DNA from: Deltaproteobacteria bacterium
GTDB taxonomy: Bacteria > Myxococcota_A > Polyangia > Polyangiales > Houyiibacteriaceae
Reading direction: 5' to 3'
DNA: 64,000 bases
Assembly (NCBI GenBank): GCA_034670305.1
Contig: JAXMNT010000005.1
Span: 64,001 to 128,000 of the forward strand
Positions 9,268 through 19,526 of this stretch are shown one piece after another (positions within the stretch are counted from its first letter, which is position 1; each line of letters begins with the position of its first letter). The translations under genes were made by a program, and so were the position numbers. The notes below the pieces were generated by a model that saw only the letters and a program-made list of their open reading frames with translations, was not told where the DNA came from and did not search any database.

Positions 9268-12099
9268 ATGGGTGGACTGCGCCGAGAAGACCGCCGAGAC
9301 CTGATTCTCGGATTCATCACGCTCTTCGCGATGATGATGTCGCACGCGCTCGCAGAGACGGCGCGCGACGCGCTGTTTCTCAGCCGGCTGCCCGCATCGC
9401 AGTTGCCTTGGGCCTACCTGGCGATCGCCGGTCTGGTCGGGGTGGTCGTGCGGGGCCTGACGCGGGTCCGCACCGCGATGCCGGACAAGCGGCGGCTCCT
9501 GGTGGGCACGATGGTGGTGGCCGGCGCCGTCGACATCGCCCTCGGTCTCGTGGCGCAAGACGCGGACGCGCGGCTCCTCTTCGGCCTCTACACCTGGACC
9601 GGTCTCGTCGCGACCGTCCTGATCCTGCAGCTCTGGCTCTTGCTCGAAGACGTCGTCACGGTCACCCAGGCGAAGCGGATCTTCGGTCCGGTCGCCGCGG
9701 GCGGCGTGCTCGGCGCGCTCGTCGGCTCGGCGGCCGCCGAGGCGCTGCTCATGGCCGAGACGAGCGCGACCGGCTTGTTGGTCGCCGCGGGCGCGGTGCT
9801 CCTGGTCGGCAGCGTCCTGCCCCTGCTGTGGCGCACCCCTGCGCCGGCCGTCGGGCGCGCCACCGTTCGGGTGCCCGACAAACAGGAACACGGGTTCCGC
9901 CGGCTCTGCGGTCACCTCTACCTGCGTCGGCTCTTGATGCTGGTGCTCTTCAGCACCATCGCGTTCACCATCGGCGACTACCTCTTCAAGAGCGTCGTCG
10001 CGGAGACGATCCCGACCGCGGAGCTCCCGAGTTTCTTCGCGAAGTTCTACATCGTGCTCAACGGCGCCGCGCTCTTCGTGCAGATCTTCCTCTCCGGTTG
10101 GCTGCTGCGCGCGTTCGGTGTGGGTCGCGCGCTCTACGTGCTGCCCATCGCCATGCTCGCCGCTGCCGTCGGGTTCGCGACCGTGCCGCTGCTGTTGCCG
10201 GTGCTCCTGCTCAAGGGCGCCGACGGGTCGCTGCGCCACTCGCTCCACCGCACCGCGACGGAGGTGCTCTACCTCCCGCTCAGCCAGGAGCTGCGCGAAC
10301 GCTACAAGGGCCTCATCGACGGCGTGGGCCAGCGCGGCGGACAGGCCCTCGCCTCCCTCGGCATCCTCGGCGCGGTCGCACTCGGTGCCACGCCGTGGCA
10401 CCTCTCCCTCGCACTCATCGCCGCCGGCGTCCTCTGGGTCGGCGTGCTCTTCGGGCTGCGCGGCACCTACCTCCAGCTCTTCCGCATCGGCCTGCGCGGG
10501 GGCGAGGTTCAGGGCCAAGGTCAGTCGCTCGAGATCGATCTGCACGCGCTCGAGGCGCTGCTCTCCGGCCTGAACAGCGAAGCGGACGAAGAGGTCATCG
10601 CCGCGCTCGATCTGCTCGAGGGCTTCGACAAGGTCCGCGTCGTTCCGCGCTTGGTCCTCTACCACCCGTCGACCGCGGTGAAGGTGCGCGCGCTCGCCAT
10701 GTTCGGCCAAGAAGGCGACCGCGCCTTCATTCCGATCGCGCACCGGCTGCTCCGTTCGGAGGAGTCCTCGATCCGAGTCGCGGCGCTCCGCGCATTGGCC
10801 AAGGTCGAACCCACCGAGACCCTGTACCCGCCCTTCCTCGACGGCAGCTGTCCGGCGTTGCACGCCACGGCCTTGGTCGGGTTGCTCGCGAGCCGGCGAG
10901 ACGGCGCGGTCGGCACCACGGAAGTGGCGGGCGACCTGACCGTGTCCGAACTCGAAGACCAGCTCGAGGCGCTGATCCAAGAAGGCGACCCGCTGCTCTG
11001 CACCGAGCTCGCCCACGCGATGCGCGCCCATCCGGATCCGCTCTTCGTCGAACCACTGCTGCGCCTCATGCATGCGCGCGAACCCGAAGTCCGCGCAGCC
11101 GTCGCCGGCGCGATGGAGAAACAACCGAATCCCCGCTTCTTCGAAGCGCTGCTTCCCCAGCTCGGCGACGGCCTCGTGCGCCCCTTCGCTCGCCGCGCAT
11201 TTCTGGCCGCCGGCGACGACGCGCTCCACTTCCTCGACCAGTCCCTGGCGCCCTCCTTCCAGCTCTCGACCGACGTCGGCAGCTCCCTCGCCGGCATGCC
11301 GCGCGCCGCACTGAAGGCGGGCGCGTTGATTCCTCGGCGGGTGCGCCGCCACATCCCGCGCACCCTCTCGCGTTTTCCAGCGGAGCAAGTCGCGCCGATG
11401 CTGCTGCGCCACATGCAGACCGAAGAGGACGGCGCGGTGCGCTACAAGATGCTGCGCGGACTCGGTCGCATCCGGGCCCAACATCCGAAACTCGAGATCG
11501 ACACCCGCGCAGTGAAGAAGCTGTTCCGCGCCACACTCGAGCGGGTGGTGCACCTACTCGAGTTCCAGATGGCCGTGCGCACGCAGCACCGGGACCACCC
11601 CTCGCTTGGCGCGGAGCTGATCGAAGCCAGCCTCGAGGAGAAGGTCGCCAATGCCCTGGAGCGAAGCTTCCGCTTTCTCGGCCTGTTGAACCCACGCGAA
11701 GACTTCGCGCTGCTCTGGCGCGGGGTCCGTTCCAAAGACGCCCACTCCCACGCCGCCGCGATGGAGCTGCTCGAACACGTGCTCACCGGAGCCGAACGCA
11801 CGGCGCTCTTGGCGCTCCTCGATCGACGGCCCACGGCGCAGCGGCTGGCCTACGCCGCCCAAGCGCTGTCGATCACGTTCCCACCCCAGACCTACCCAGC
11901 CCGACTCGGCGCCGCACTGCACGACCGCAGCGAGGCGCTCCGCTCGCTCGTCGCCTACCACGTCGCCGAGCTCGGCCTGACCGACTTGGAGCCCCAGTTG
12001 CGTGACGCCAAACCCGACCGTGAAGGATTCGTCTCCGAAGTGATGGAGCGCGCGCTTCAGGCGCTGCTCGGCAACCGCGGGGTCACCGGTGCCGCCTGA
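9268..12099 (+). CDS. Npt1/Npt2 (TLC ATP/ADP translocase-like) transporter fused to HEAT repeats
   Basis: About 12 TM helices with ETARDALFL, QAKRIFG, DYLFK and LRHSLHRTATEVLYLPL motifs, followed by HEAT-like helical repeats. Confidence 0.85.
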   Translation: MGGLRREDRRDLILGFITLFAMMMSHALAETARDALFLSRLPASQLPWAYLAIAGLVGVVVRGLTRVRTAMPDKRRLLVGTMVVAGAVDIALGLVAQDADARLLFGLYTWTGLVATVLILQLWLLLEDVVTVTQAKRIFGPVAAGGVLGALVGSAAAEALLMAETSATGLLVAAGAVLLVGSVLPLLWRTPAPAVGRATVRVPDKQEHGFRRLCGHLYLRRLLMLVLFSTIAFTIGDYLFKSVVAETIPTAELPSFFAKFYIVLNGAALFVQIFLSGWLLRAFGVGRALYVLPIAMLAAAVGFATVPLLLPVLLLKGADGSLRHSLHRTATEVLYLPLSQELRERYKGLIDGVGQRGGQALASLGILGAVALGATPWHLSLALIAAGVLWVGVLFGLRGTYLQLFRIGLRGGEVQGQGQSLEIDLHALEALLSGLNSEADEEVIAALDLLEGFDKVRVVPRLVLYHPSTAVKVRALAMFGQEGDRAFIPIAHRLLRSEESSIRVAALRALAKVEPTETLYPPFLDGSCPALHATALVGLLASRRDGAVGTTEVAGDLTVSELEDQLEALIQEGDPLLCTELAHAMRAHPDPLFVEPLLRLMHAREPEVRAAVAGAMEKQPNPRFFEALLPQLGDGLVRPFARRAFLAAGDDALHFLDQSLAPSFQLSTDVGSSLAGMPRAALKAGALIPRRVRRHIPRTLSRFPAEQVAPMLLRHMQTEEDGAVRYKMLRGLGRIRAQHPKLEIDTRAVKKLFRATLERVVHLLEFQMAVRTQHRDHPSLGAELIEASLEEKVANALERSFRFLGLLNPREDFALLWRGVRSKDAHSHAAAMELLEHVLTGAERTALLALLDRRPTAQRLAYAAQALSITFPPQTYPARLGAALHDRSEALRSLVAYHVAELGLTDLEPQLRDAKPDREGFVSEVMERALQALLGNRGVTGAA

Positions 12100-13093
12100 C
12101 GGGTCCCACACGCGCCTGTTGCCCAGCCTCGGCGTCGGCCGACTCGAACGCGTGCTCGCGCTGCGTGGCTTCCCGCCCTACGACAAACTCGACGCCGAAG
12201 AGGTCTCCCTCATCGCCGCCAAGATGAAAGAGCGCCGGTTCGGCGTCGGCGACGTGTTGCTCGAGCCCGGTCGGCAGGCCACGAGCTTCTTCTTCGTCAT
12301 CCGTGGCGGGGTCGAGATCCGCAAAGACGGCCGGTTGCTGCGGGCGCTCGGCGACCGCAGCGTGGTCGGGGGCACCGCCGCCTTGGCGGAAGATCCCCTC
12401 GGCTACGAGGTCGTCGCATCGCAACCCACGCTCGCACTCGAGCTCGGTGTGGACGATGCGTGGGAAGACTTCGAAGACCACTTCGTGCTCGGCCGCACCG
12501 TCATCGAAGCGATCGCACACGAGGTCATCAAGCTGCGCCAAGGGATGCCGCAGGGCCTGGGCTACGCCGCGGTCGACTGGCACAGCGATGCGCCGCTGCC
12601 GGAGCCGCTGGATCTCGTGGGCCGTCTCGCGTTGCTGCGTCGTGCGATGACCTTCGCGGGCTCCCGCCTCGAAGCGCTCGCCGACCTCGCACGGGAAGCG
12701 CGGGAGATCCGGGCCGAGACCCCATTCGAGCTCTGGAAGACCGGCGATCCGAGCAACGGGCTCGTCGTGATCGTGCACGGCACCGCGGAGTGCACGATGC
12801 GCCGCGACGATGGAACCGAAGAAGTCTTCCGTCTCGGGCCAGGCGACATCCTCGGCGCCATGGATTCGATGAGCCAGACCGGGCGCTGGTACGACGCCCG
12901 CACCGAAGGCCCCTTCGTCGGGCTCTCGCTTGCCCACGAGAGCTTCATGGACGTGCTCGAAGACCACTTCACGCTTGCGCGCTCCGCGATCACCTCACTC
13001 TCCAAAGCGATGCTGCGCCTGCTCGAACAACAAGCGCAGCTCGACGAGAGCGAACGCCCCGCCCCGCGCCCGAGCGCCCGCCCCGCGCCCTGA
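12089..13093 (+). CDS. Tandem cyclic-nucleotide-binding domain protein
   Basis: Two Crp-like cNMP repeats (FFVIRGGVEI; LVVIVHGTAEC...LGPGDILG); overlaps the transporter stop. Confidence 0.85.
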   Translation: MPPDGSHTRLLPSLGVGRLERVLALRGFPPYDKLDAEEVSLIAAKMKERRFGVGDVLLEPGRQATSFFFVIRGGVEIRKDGRLLRALGDRSVVGGTAALAEDPLGYEVVASQPTLALELGVDDAWEDFEDHFVLGRTVIEAIAHEVIKLRQGMPQGLGYAAVDWHSDAPLPEPLDLVGRLALLRRAMTFAGSRLEALADLAREAREIRAETPFELWKTGDPSNGLVVIVHGTAECTMRRDDGTEEVFRLGPGDILGAMDSMSQTGRWYDARTEGPFVGLSLAHESFMDVLEDHFTLARSAITSLSKAMLRLLEQQAQLDESERPAPRPSARPAP

Positions 13094-13133
13094 GCGTTGC
13101 CTGGCGGTTCTCGCCGAGCCAGTCGGCCGTGAA

Positions 13134-13466
13134 TCAGTTGAGGGAAGGACCGACGACGCGGACCCACGCGGTGCGCGGTGTGTCGCACCGCGCGCAATGC
13201 AGCTGAACCCGTCGCAGCAGCTGCCCGTCCACCGCCTCCGCGTCGTGGCTGTCGGTGCGCAGATGCCCGTCGCAGTGGATGCAGCCGAGCTTCTCCGCGA
13301 TCGGTTCCACGAGCGACGCGCTCTCGACCTCGAGCGGCCGGTCCGGGTTCCCGCCGGGCTCCAGCAGCGCCAACCTCTTCTGATCTTCGCGCAACGACTT
13401 CGCGCGACGCTCCGCTTCGCGCCGCTCGGTGCGCGACCGCTTCTTCTTCTTTGGCTTCTTGGCCAC
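13134..13466 (-). CDS. Small basic Zn-ribbon protein
   Basis: Lys/Arg-rich N-terminus, CIHC and CARC pairs; GTG start. Confidence 0.65.
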   Translation of the reverse strand: MAKKPKKKKRSRTERREAERRAKSLREDQKRLALLEPGGNPDRPLEVESASLVEPIAEKLGCIHCDGHLRTDSHDAEAVDGQLLRRVQLHCARCDTPRTAWVRVVGPSLN

Positions 13467-13626
13467 GGTTCCTCTGTGCGGCCGCAGCACGCCCCACGCA
13501 ACGTGTGCTGGGCTGGTGCTGCTGGCGAAATCAGCGCTGTTGGCGTCGCAGGAGTCCGTGTGGCCGGCCGAGTGGCCGTTCGCTGCTGGAGCCGCTGGCG
13601 TGAGAAAAACTCAGGGCCTCACGAAC

Positions 13627-15771
13627 TCAGGGCGTGGCGGGGCGGGGGGCCAGGAGCTGGCGGGCCATGGTGAACTCGTAGAAGTTCACCATGTGGGTCG
13701 AGAGCACGCGCTCGAAGAGCTCGCGCGCGCCCGCTTCGTCGCCGCGGCCAAGCCGCTGCGCCGCTTCGTAGAAGTGCGCTTCGGTCTGTTCGCCGGTGCC
13801 GGACGCGGCCTGCAGGAGTTCCGCGTAGGGGAGCTGTCCCAGACCGAACGCGGCGAGTTTGCCGCTCCATCCGGAGTTGTCCGCTTGGCTTCGCAACACG
13901 CCCGAGGTGTCTTCTTCCGGATGCCCGGTGCCGCCGGCGCGCGCGGCGATGAGCCGCACCCAGAGCGCGAAGTAGACCTTCCACTCGGGCGCCAGGGTGA
14001 GCTGCCGCTGCGAGAGCTGAAACACCTCTTGGGCGTACGCCACGTCGGGCGCCGACACCGCCGCGAGGTGCGCGAGGATCGTCGCGTAGATCTCGCGCAT
14101 CTGCGGGCTCGTCCGCGTGGCCTGGCGGAACGACGCGACGGCCGCTTCGTGGTCGCCGAGCCGATCCTGGAGCACACCGCGCCGGACCTGGAGCCGCGCG
14201 AGTGCCGGCGCCGCGTCCGGTTGTGCGAGCAGCTCCGGACCGAGGTCGTCCCACGCTTCGAGCGCGCTGCGGTACATGCGCTCCGACTGCGCGGTGTTGT
14301 TCGTCGCGGCGAACGTGTCGCCGAGGCTCTCGAGGATCTGCGCCCGCTGCATCGTGTCCACCGGGCTCGCGTTCGGGGTGAGATCGAGCGCGCGGCGGTA
14401 GTGGCGCAGCGCTTCGGTCGCCGAACCGGTCTGTTCTTCCAGCCGGCCGAGCGTGAGCAGCGCGTCCGCGGTCTCTTCGCTCGAGAGGCTCGCCCGCAGG
14501 TGGCGCGCGGCTTCTTCGGGGTTGCCCGCCTGCATCTCGACCGTGCCGACCAAGAGCTCGATGCGGTTGCGCGCGATCGGAGACGCGGCGTTCGGCCAGC
14601 GCGTCATGCGCTCGTCGAGCAACTGTTCGGCGCGCTCGGCCAGCACCCGGGCGCGCGCGGCGTCGGCCGTGCCCATGCCGCGTCCCAGAAACTCGTCGAG
14701 CCGCAGGAGCGCTTCGTCGTAGAGGCCCCGCACATCGGGCGCGAGTTCGATCGCTTGCGCGTAGTAGCCGACCGACTCGTCGAAGCTGCCTTCTTGCGCG
14801 GCGAGCCGCGCCAGGCAGGTCGGGAAACGCGCGTCTTCCCGGAAGCGGCGCGCGCCTTCGCGACATACCCCGCGGCCAGTGGCCGGACGCACCTCGCGGT
14901 ACGCTTCGCCGAGCTCCACCAGCGCATCGGCCGCCAGCTCGTCGCTGCCCCGCGCGCGGTCGAGCACCCGAAGCAAACGCTCCTCGGTCTCGCCCCCGTC
15001 GCCCATCGAGCGGATGTGTGTGATCGCCGACGCGAGGTCGCCGTGCCGCAGGTAGACCGCCGCCACATCGAGCGGCGCGAGACGCATCACCTGGTTGGTG
15101 AGCGGCCCCATGCGCAACATCATTTGCGCGCCTTCGCGGAACGCTTCGACGATCGCGTCGCGCCGCTGCACGTGCAGCTCAGCGAGGGTGTGCAGAACCT
15201 CCGGCGCCGGCGAGAGGCGCGCGTGTTCGTCCCACACCTCGATGAGTTCGCTGTACCGCTCGAAGCCGGTCGAGAGGTTGGCGCGGGCGTCGCGGCCCCA
15301 CGTGGCGACCTCGGCGTACTCCGACTGAAGGGCGTCCGAATCTTCGATCGCCCTCAGGATGCGCAGGCCGGCCAGCACGCGGCCTTCACGGCCGAGACGC
15401 TGACCCTTCTCGACGAGCGCGCGCGCGAGCGGCGCCAGGCTGTCGGGCACGTTGCCGCGCTCGAGGTCGTCCGGGGTGAAAAGATCGATGAGGGTGACCA
15501 CGTGCTCCGCGATCGCATCCAGATCGTCGCTCTCGGCGATGGGTCCCGCTTCGCGGTTGAAGTAGTCCACGAGCGCCGCCCGCAGGCCTTCGCGCCCGCG
15601 CGCGTCCCGCGGGAGGCCGTGGTAGAGGCGCAGCGAGTCCGCCGCGTTCGACGCATCGATGCGTTCGGGCACCTCGACGCCGACCGGCGTCGTCTGGTGG
15701 TCGCCACCCCGGCCCGGGCCACAGGCCCAGACGAACGCGGTCGAGAGGAGGAGAAAAGCCGAGAGACGCAT
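13627..15771 (-). CDS. TPR-repeat lipoprotein
   Basis: Lipobox (FVWAC); multiple TPR-like helices such as ALLTLGRLEEQTGSATEALRHYRRALDL. Confidence 0.8.
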   Translation of the reverse strand: MRLSAFLLLSTAFVWACGPGRGGDHQTTPVGVEVPERIDASNAADSLRLYHGLPRDARGREGLRAALVDYFNREAGPIAESDDLDAIAEHVVTLIDLFTPDDLERGNVPDSLAPLARALVEKGQRLGREGRVLAGLRILRAIEDSDALQSEYAEVATWGRDARANLSTGFERYSELIEVWDEHARLSPAPEVLHTLAELHVQRRDAIVEAFREGAQMMLRMGPLTNQVMRLAPLDVAAVYLRHGDLASAITHIRSMGDGGETEERLLRVLDRARGSDELAADALVELGEAYREVRPATGRGVCREGARRFREDARFPTCLARLAAQEGSFDESVGYYAQAIELAPDVRGLYDEALLRLDEFLGRGMGTADAARARVLAERAEQLLDERMTRWPNAASPIARNRIELLVGTVEMQAGNPEEAARHLRASLSSEETADALLTLGRLEEQTGSATEALRHYRRALDLTPNASPVDTMQRAQILESLGDTFAATNNTAQSERMYRSALEAWDDLGPELLAQPDAAPALARLQVRRGVLQDRLGDHEAAVASFRQATRTSPQMREIYATILAHLAAVSAPDVAYAQEVFQLSQRQLTLAPEWKVYFALWVRLIAARAGGTGHPEEDTSGVLRSQADNSGWSGKLAAFGLGQLPYAELLQAASGTGEQTEAHFYEAAQRLGRGDEAGARELFERVLSTHMVNFYEFTMARQLLAPRPATP

Positions 15772-15992
15772 CGATGGCCGGAGGAAAGAGGCGCGGGGGT
15801 CTCGCGGAGACACCAGAGCGGTGGAGGGGGGCGCGTGCTTCCCCGACGGGGCCGGGTGGGCGTGGCGTGGGGCCGACGATGGGGGAGCGGTACGCACGAA
15901 GAACACAGGACAGCATAGTGCCAACGCACAAACCCCCAAGCTTCTTTCGTCTTTCTTGCCAATACGGGCCTGGCTCGCTTCGCGAGACTGGC

Positions 15993-16299
15993 GGCCCTAA
16001 TTCGGCGTCCAGAGCACATCGACGTGCTCGCCGCCTGTTCGCTTGATGCACTGAAGAAGCATCTGGATGCTCTTGGCGGCTGTGCGCGGTCGATGCACTC
16101 CCGCCGCCTCTATGACGCACTTGGGGAGTGCACCAGTTGCTCGGCCTGCGGCCTGCGCAGGTGCACGGGTGGAGATGCCTGACTCGCTGGCGTCATCTCG
16201 TGGCCTGGCTCGCATCGCTCGACCTGTACTCTCTGAGGGGGAAGGGTTCCCCCTCCGGCCTGCGGCCTCCTCCCCACCTGGGGCCCTAATTCGGCGTCC
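15993..16299. mobile_element. Non-coding hairpin-rich element bounded by 18-bp direct repeats (MITE/REP-like)
   Basis: GGCCCTAATTCGGCGTCC at 15993-16010 and 16282-16299; several internal perfect hairpins. Confidence 0.5.
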
Positions 16300-16300
16300 G

Positions 16301-17647
16301 TCACTCGCCGCGGATCGAACGCCAGAGGGCGCCGGCTTTGTCGGCGGCTCCTTGCGCGGCTCCTTGGGCGGAGCTCGTAGCGGCACCCAGCGCCTGGCCG
16401 GTCGCCGAGGAGAAGCCCCGCACCGAGCGGTAGGTCTCGGTCTCCGAGATCGAGTCGACCACCCCGGTCCGCTCCACGGAACGCCAGGTGACGGCCGCCA
16501 CGAACTTCCCGAAGAACACCTGGTCGAAGTAGCCGTCGAGGAAGCCGCTGTCCGAGCGGTCGAGGTGGGCGATGAGGTCGTCGATGTCCGCGCGGTCCGC
16601 GTCTTCGAGGTGGTCGCTGGTCTTGGCGAGTTCGAGCAGCCGGCGGGCGCCCGCCATGTCGTCCGCCCGGTACGCGAGGTACGCCCGCACGAGCGCGACG
16701 TCTTCCGGGGGCACCCCCGACGCCTCGGCCGCATCGCAGAAGTGTTCGAGTTCTTCCCGGGCCTCCGCTTCGTCGCCCCGCATCAGGTAGCAGCGGGCGG
16801 TGGATCCATGCGCGAGTCCCCGCAGCGCCGCGTCGGCCTGGGCGGCTTGTTCCGCGCTGATCCGGGAACCGCCCGCCGGTTCGAACATGCCTTGCAACAG
16901 CGCGTTGCGCCCACTCAGTTCGAGCAGCGCCGCGACGTCGTTGCCGGCGAGATCACACAGCTCGGCGGTCGCGTAGGTCTGCGCCCGAAGCCCGAGGATC
17001 ACCGGCGCGATCCCTTCGAACGCCAGCTCGTTCACCTGCACGTGCGACGCCTCGTAGAGCAGCACCTCGTGCGGGATCGGCATCGGGTTCTTGGGGTGGA
17101 TCTTGAGGGCCCACAGCCCGAGAAAGAACAGCGCGTGGTCGGTCGAGAGGTTGATGCGGCTGGCCACCGGGTCGTTCGGATCCTGAAGGCGCAGCATGAT
17201 CGGCAACACCGGCAGCAGCTCGTCCTCGCTGTCGCCGCGCACGATCGACGCGCCGGTCTCGCGCAGATCCCAGAGCGCGCTGCCCAGCGCCACCACCTGC
17301 TCGAGCGAGAGGTGCGATTCGGCCGCCGGCGCCACCGCCGCCGTCGCGTCCGCCGCGTCCCCGAGTGCTTCCACACCATCGGGAAGCGGCGCGTTCAGAT
17401 CGGCGCCGGTCCCGCCCGCGGCGACCCGCTGGTTCAAGTTCCGGAACGCTTCGAGCGAACGCATCAGCGCGTCGCGCGCTTCGGTCATCACCGGGTCGTC
17501 GCCTTTGGTCAGCGCGACCTTTGCGGCCACGTACAAATGCACCGAGGTGGTGTCGACCATCTCCCGCAGGCGTTCTTCGTCGGTCGGGTCGTCGCTGCAG
17601 TCGCACGCGACAAGGAGGGCGAGCGCACACACCAGGGGTCGGGTCAT
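16301..17647 (-). CDS. Hypothetical helical lipoprotein
   Basis: RBS GGAGGAG, lipobox LLVAC, typical codon usage. Confidence 0.75.
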   Translation of the reverse strand: MTRPLVCALALLVACDCSDDPTDEERLREMVDTTSVHLYVAAKVALTKGDDPVMTEARDALMRSLEAFRNLNQRVAAGGTGADLNAPLPDGVEALGDAADATAAVAPAAESHLSLEQVVALGSALWDLRETGASIVRGDSEDELLPVLPIMLRLQDPNDPVASRINLSTDHALFFLGLWALKIHPKNPMPIPHEVLLYEASHVQVNELAFEGIAPVILGLRAQTYATAELCDLAGNDVAALLELSGRNALLQGMFEPAGGSRISAEQAAQADAALRGLAHGSTARCYLMRGDEAEAREELEHFCDAAEASGVPPEDVALVRAYLAYRADDMAGARRLLELAKTSDHLEDADRADIDDLIAHLDRSDSGFLDGYFDQVFFGKFVAAVTWRSVERTGVVDSISETETYRSVRGFSSATGQALGAATSSAQGAAQGAADKAGALWRSIRGE

Positions 17648-17699
17648 GACTCCTCCATACGACCCAGCGGGCCGCATTCTTTCATCGGCTCGACACGGT

Positions 17700-18542
17700 T
17701 CACGAGCCCGGGTCCTGCCGGGGGTCCTTCAGCGACGCGCGGGTCTTCTTCTTCGCCCCGTCACGAGTCATCACGAAATGCGCCAGCCCTGGCATGTGCC
17801 GGCCAATGAAACCGCCGATCTTGCCATGCCCCGTGAACACGAACTCTCGTTTGCGCGCGGCGATCGCTTTCACGCAGACCCGCGCGGCTTTGTCGGCGGG
17901 CCACATCAAGTTGGCCGGCCGCTTGTCGGGGCGCTTGGGGTTGTGCACGCCCTGGTTGTCCACCTGGGCGATCTCGCTCTCCACGAAGCCCGGGTGAATC
18001 GTGGTGCAGCTGACGCCGGTGCCGTGCAGCTCCGTCGACAGGGTCTGTCCGATGCCGCGGACCGCGTACTTGGAGGCCGTGTAGGCGATGACACCCGGCG
18101 AAGGGATCATGCTTGCGACGCTGCCGATGAGCACCACCCGGCCCCGGGTCTTGCGAAGCAGCGGCAGCGCTTCGCGCACCGTGGTGCACAGCCCGACCAC
18201 GTTGACCTCGAACTGCCGACGCCAATCGTCGGAGGTGAGCATCTCGAACCGGCCGGCCACACTGAAGCCCGCGTTGGCGATGCAGACGTCCATCTTCCCG
18301 AAGGCCTTTTCGATCGAGACGACCGCCGCCGCGACGCTCTCGTCGTCCGTCACATCGCAGGGCACCGCGAGACCGCGCCGTCCCATCGCTTCGATCTCGG
18401 CCGCGACCTCGTCGATCTTGCCTGCCCGGCGGCCGCTCACGACCACGTCCGCGCCTTCGCGCGCCATCTCCAGGGCGATCGCCTTGCCGATCCCGCTCCC
18501 GCCGCCTGTGATCCACACCACCTGTCCACCGAACTGCGCCAT
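17700..18542 (-). CDS. SDR-family oxidoreductase
   Basis: TGGGSGIG, NAG, YTASK. Confidence 0.92.
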   Translation of the reverse strand: MAQFGGQVVWITGGGSGIGKAIALEMAREGADVVVSGRRAGKIDEVAAEIEAMGRRGLAVPCDVTDDESVAAAVVSIEKAFGKMDVCIANAGFSVAGRFEMLTSDDWRRQFEVNVVGLCTTVREALPLLRKTRGRVVLIGSVASMIPSPGVIAYTASKYAVRGIGQTLSTELHGTGVSCTTIHPGFVESEIAQVDNQGVHNPKRPDKRPANLMWPADKAARVCVKAIAARKREFVFTGHGKIGGFIGRHMPGLAHFVMTRDGAKKKTRASLKDPRQDPGS

Positions 18543-18612
18543 GCGCGGGACTGTATCAACTCTTCGGAAAGGGGTATCCCAGCAGACCTGGAGTATTGCT
18601 GGTCTCTACAAT

Positions 18613-19521
18613 ATGCCCGAGCTTCCGGACATCGAGCTGTACCTCCACGTGCTTCGTTCGCACACGGTCGGCCAGACCCTGAACGCGGTCCGGCTGCGCA
18701 GCGCCTTCTTGCTCCGCACCGTCGAGCCGCCGCTGAGCGCCGCGCACGGACAGCCGGTCGCCGGGTTTCACCGCATCGGCAAGCGCATCGTCTTCGAGTT
18801 CCCGGACGATCTCTTCTTCGTGCTCCACCTGATGATCGCAGGCCGGCTGCAGTGGAAGAAACCGGAGGCGAAGATCGGCGGGCGCATGGATCTCGCCGCG
18901 TTCGACTTCGACCACGGCACGCTGGTGCTCACCGAAGCGAGCAAGAAGAAGCGGGCCAAGCTGCACGTGGTGCGGGGCCGCGACGCGCTCGCCGACCACG
19001 ACCCGGGCGGGCTCGAGCCGCTCGCGATCGACGAGAAGACGTTCGTGCAGACGCTCCGGGCGCGCAACCACACCATCAAACGCGCGCTCACCGACCCGCG
19101 CATCTTCAGCGGCATCGGCAACGCGTACTCGGACGAGATCCTCTTCGCGGCGAAGCTGCCGCCCCACCGGTGGACCTCACGTCTGAGCGACGACGAGATG
19201 TCCCGCCTCTACGCCGCCACCCAGAAGATCCTGATCGAGTGGCGCGACGCGCTGCGTGCCGAGGTCGGGGAGGGATGGCCGAAGAAGGTCACCGCCTTTC
19301 GGCCCGAGATGGCGGTGCACGGCAAGTACAAGGAGCCCTGCCCGGTGTGCGCCGAACCGGTGCAGCGCATCGCCTACGCGGGCAACGAGACCAACTACTG
19401 CGCCCGCTGCCAGAACGAGGGCAAGTTGCTCGCCGACCGGGGCCTGAGCCGGCTGCTCAAAGGCGACTGGCCAAAGACCCTCGAACAACTCGAAGAGATG
19501 AAACGAGAACGCACCGAGTAA
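18613..19521 (+). CDS. Fpg/Nei family DNA glycosylase
   Basis: N-terminal MPELP, HLMIAG, H2TH SGIGNAYSDEIL, Zn finger CPVC...YCARCQ. Confidence 0.92.
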   Translation: MPELPDIELYLHVLRSHTVGQTLNAVRLRSAFLLRTVEPPLSAAHGQPVAGFHRIGKRIVFEFPDDLFFVLHLMIAGRLQWKKPEAKIGGRMDLAAFDFDHGTLVLTEASKKKRAKLHVVRGRDALADHDPGGLEPLAIDEKTFVQTLRARNHTIKRALTDPRIFSGIGNAYSDEILFAAKLPPHRWTSRLSDDEMSRLYAATQKILIEWRDALRAEVGEGWPKKVTAFRPEMAVHGKYKEPCPVCAEPVQRIAYAGNETNYCARCQNEGKLLADRGLSRLLKGDWPKTLEQLEEMKRERTE

Positions 19522-19526
19522 CCCGG

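Noticed and set aside
16110-16304. 64-aa ORF inside the direct-repeat-flanked element
   Set aside because: No recognisable features and poor codon bias; the region is better explained as a structured non-coding element.
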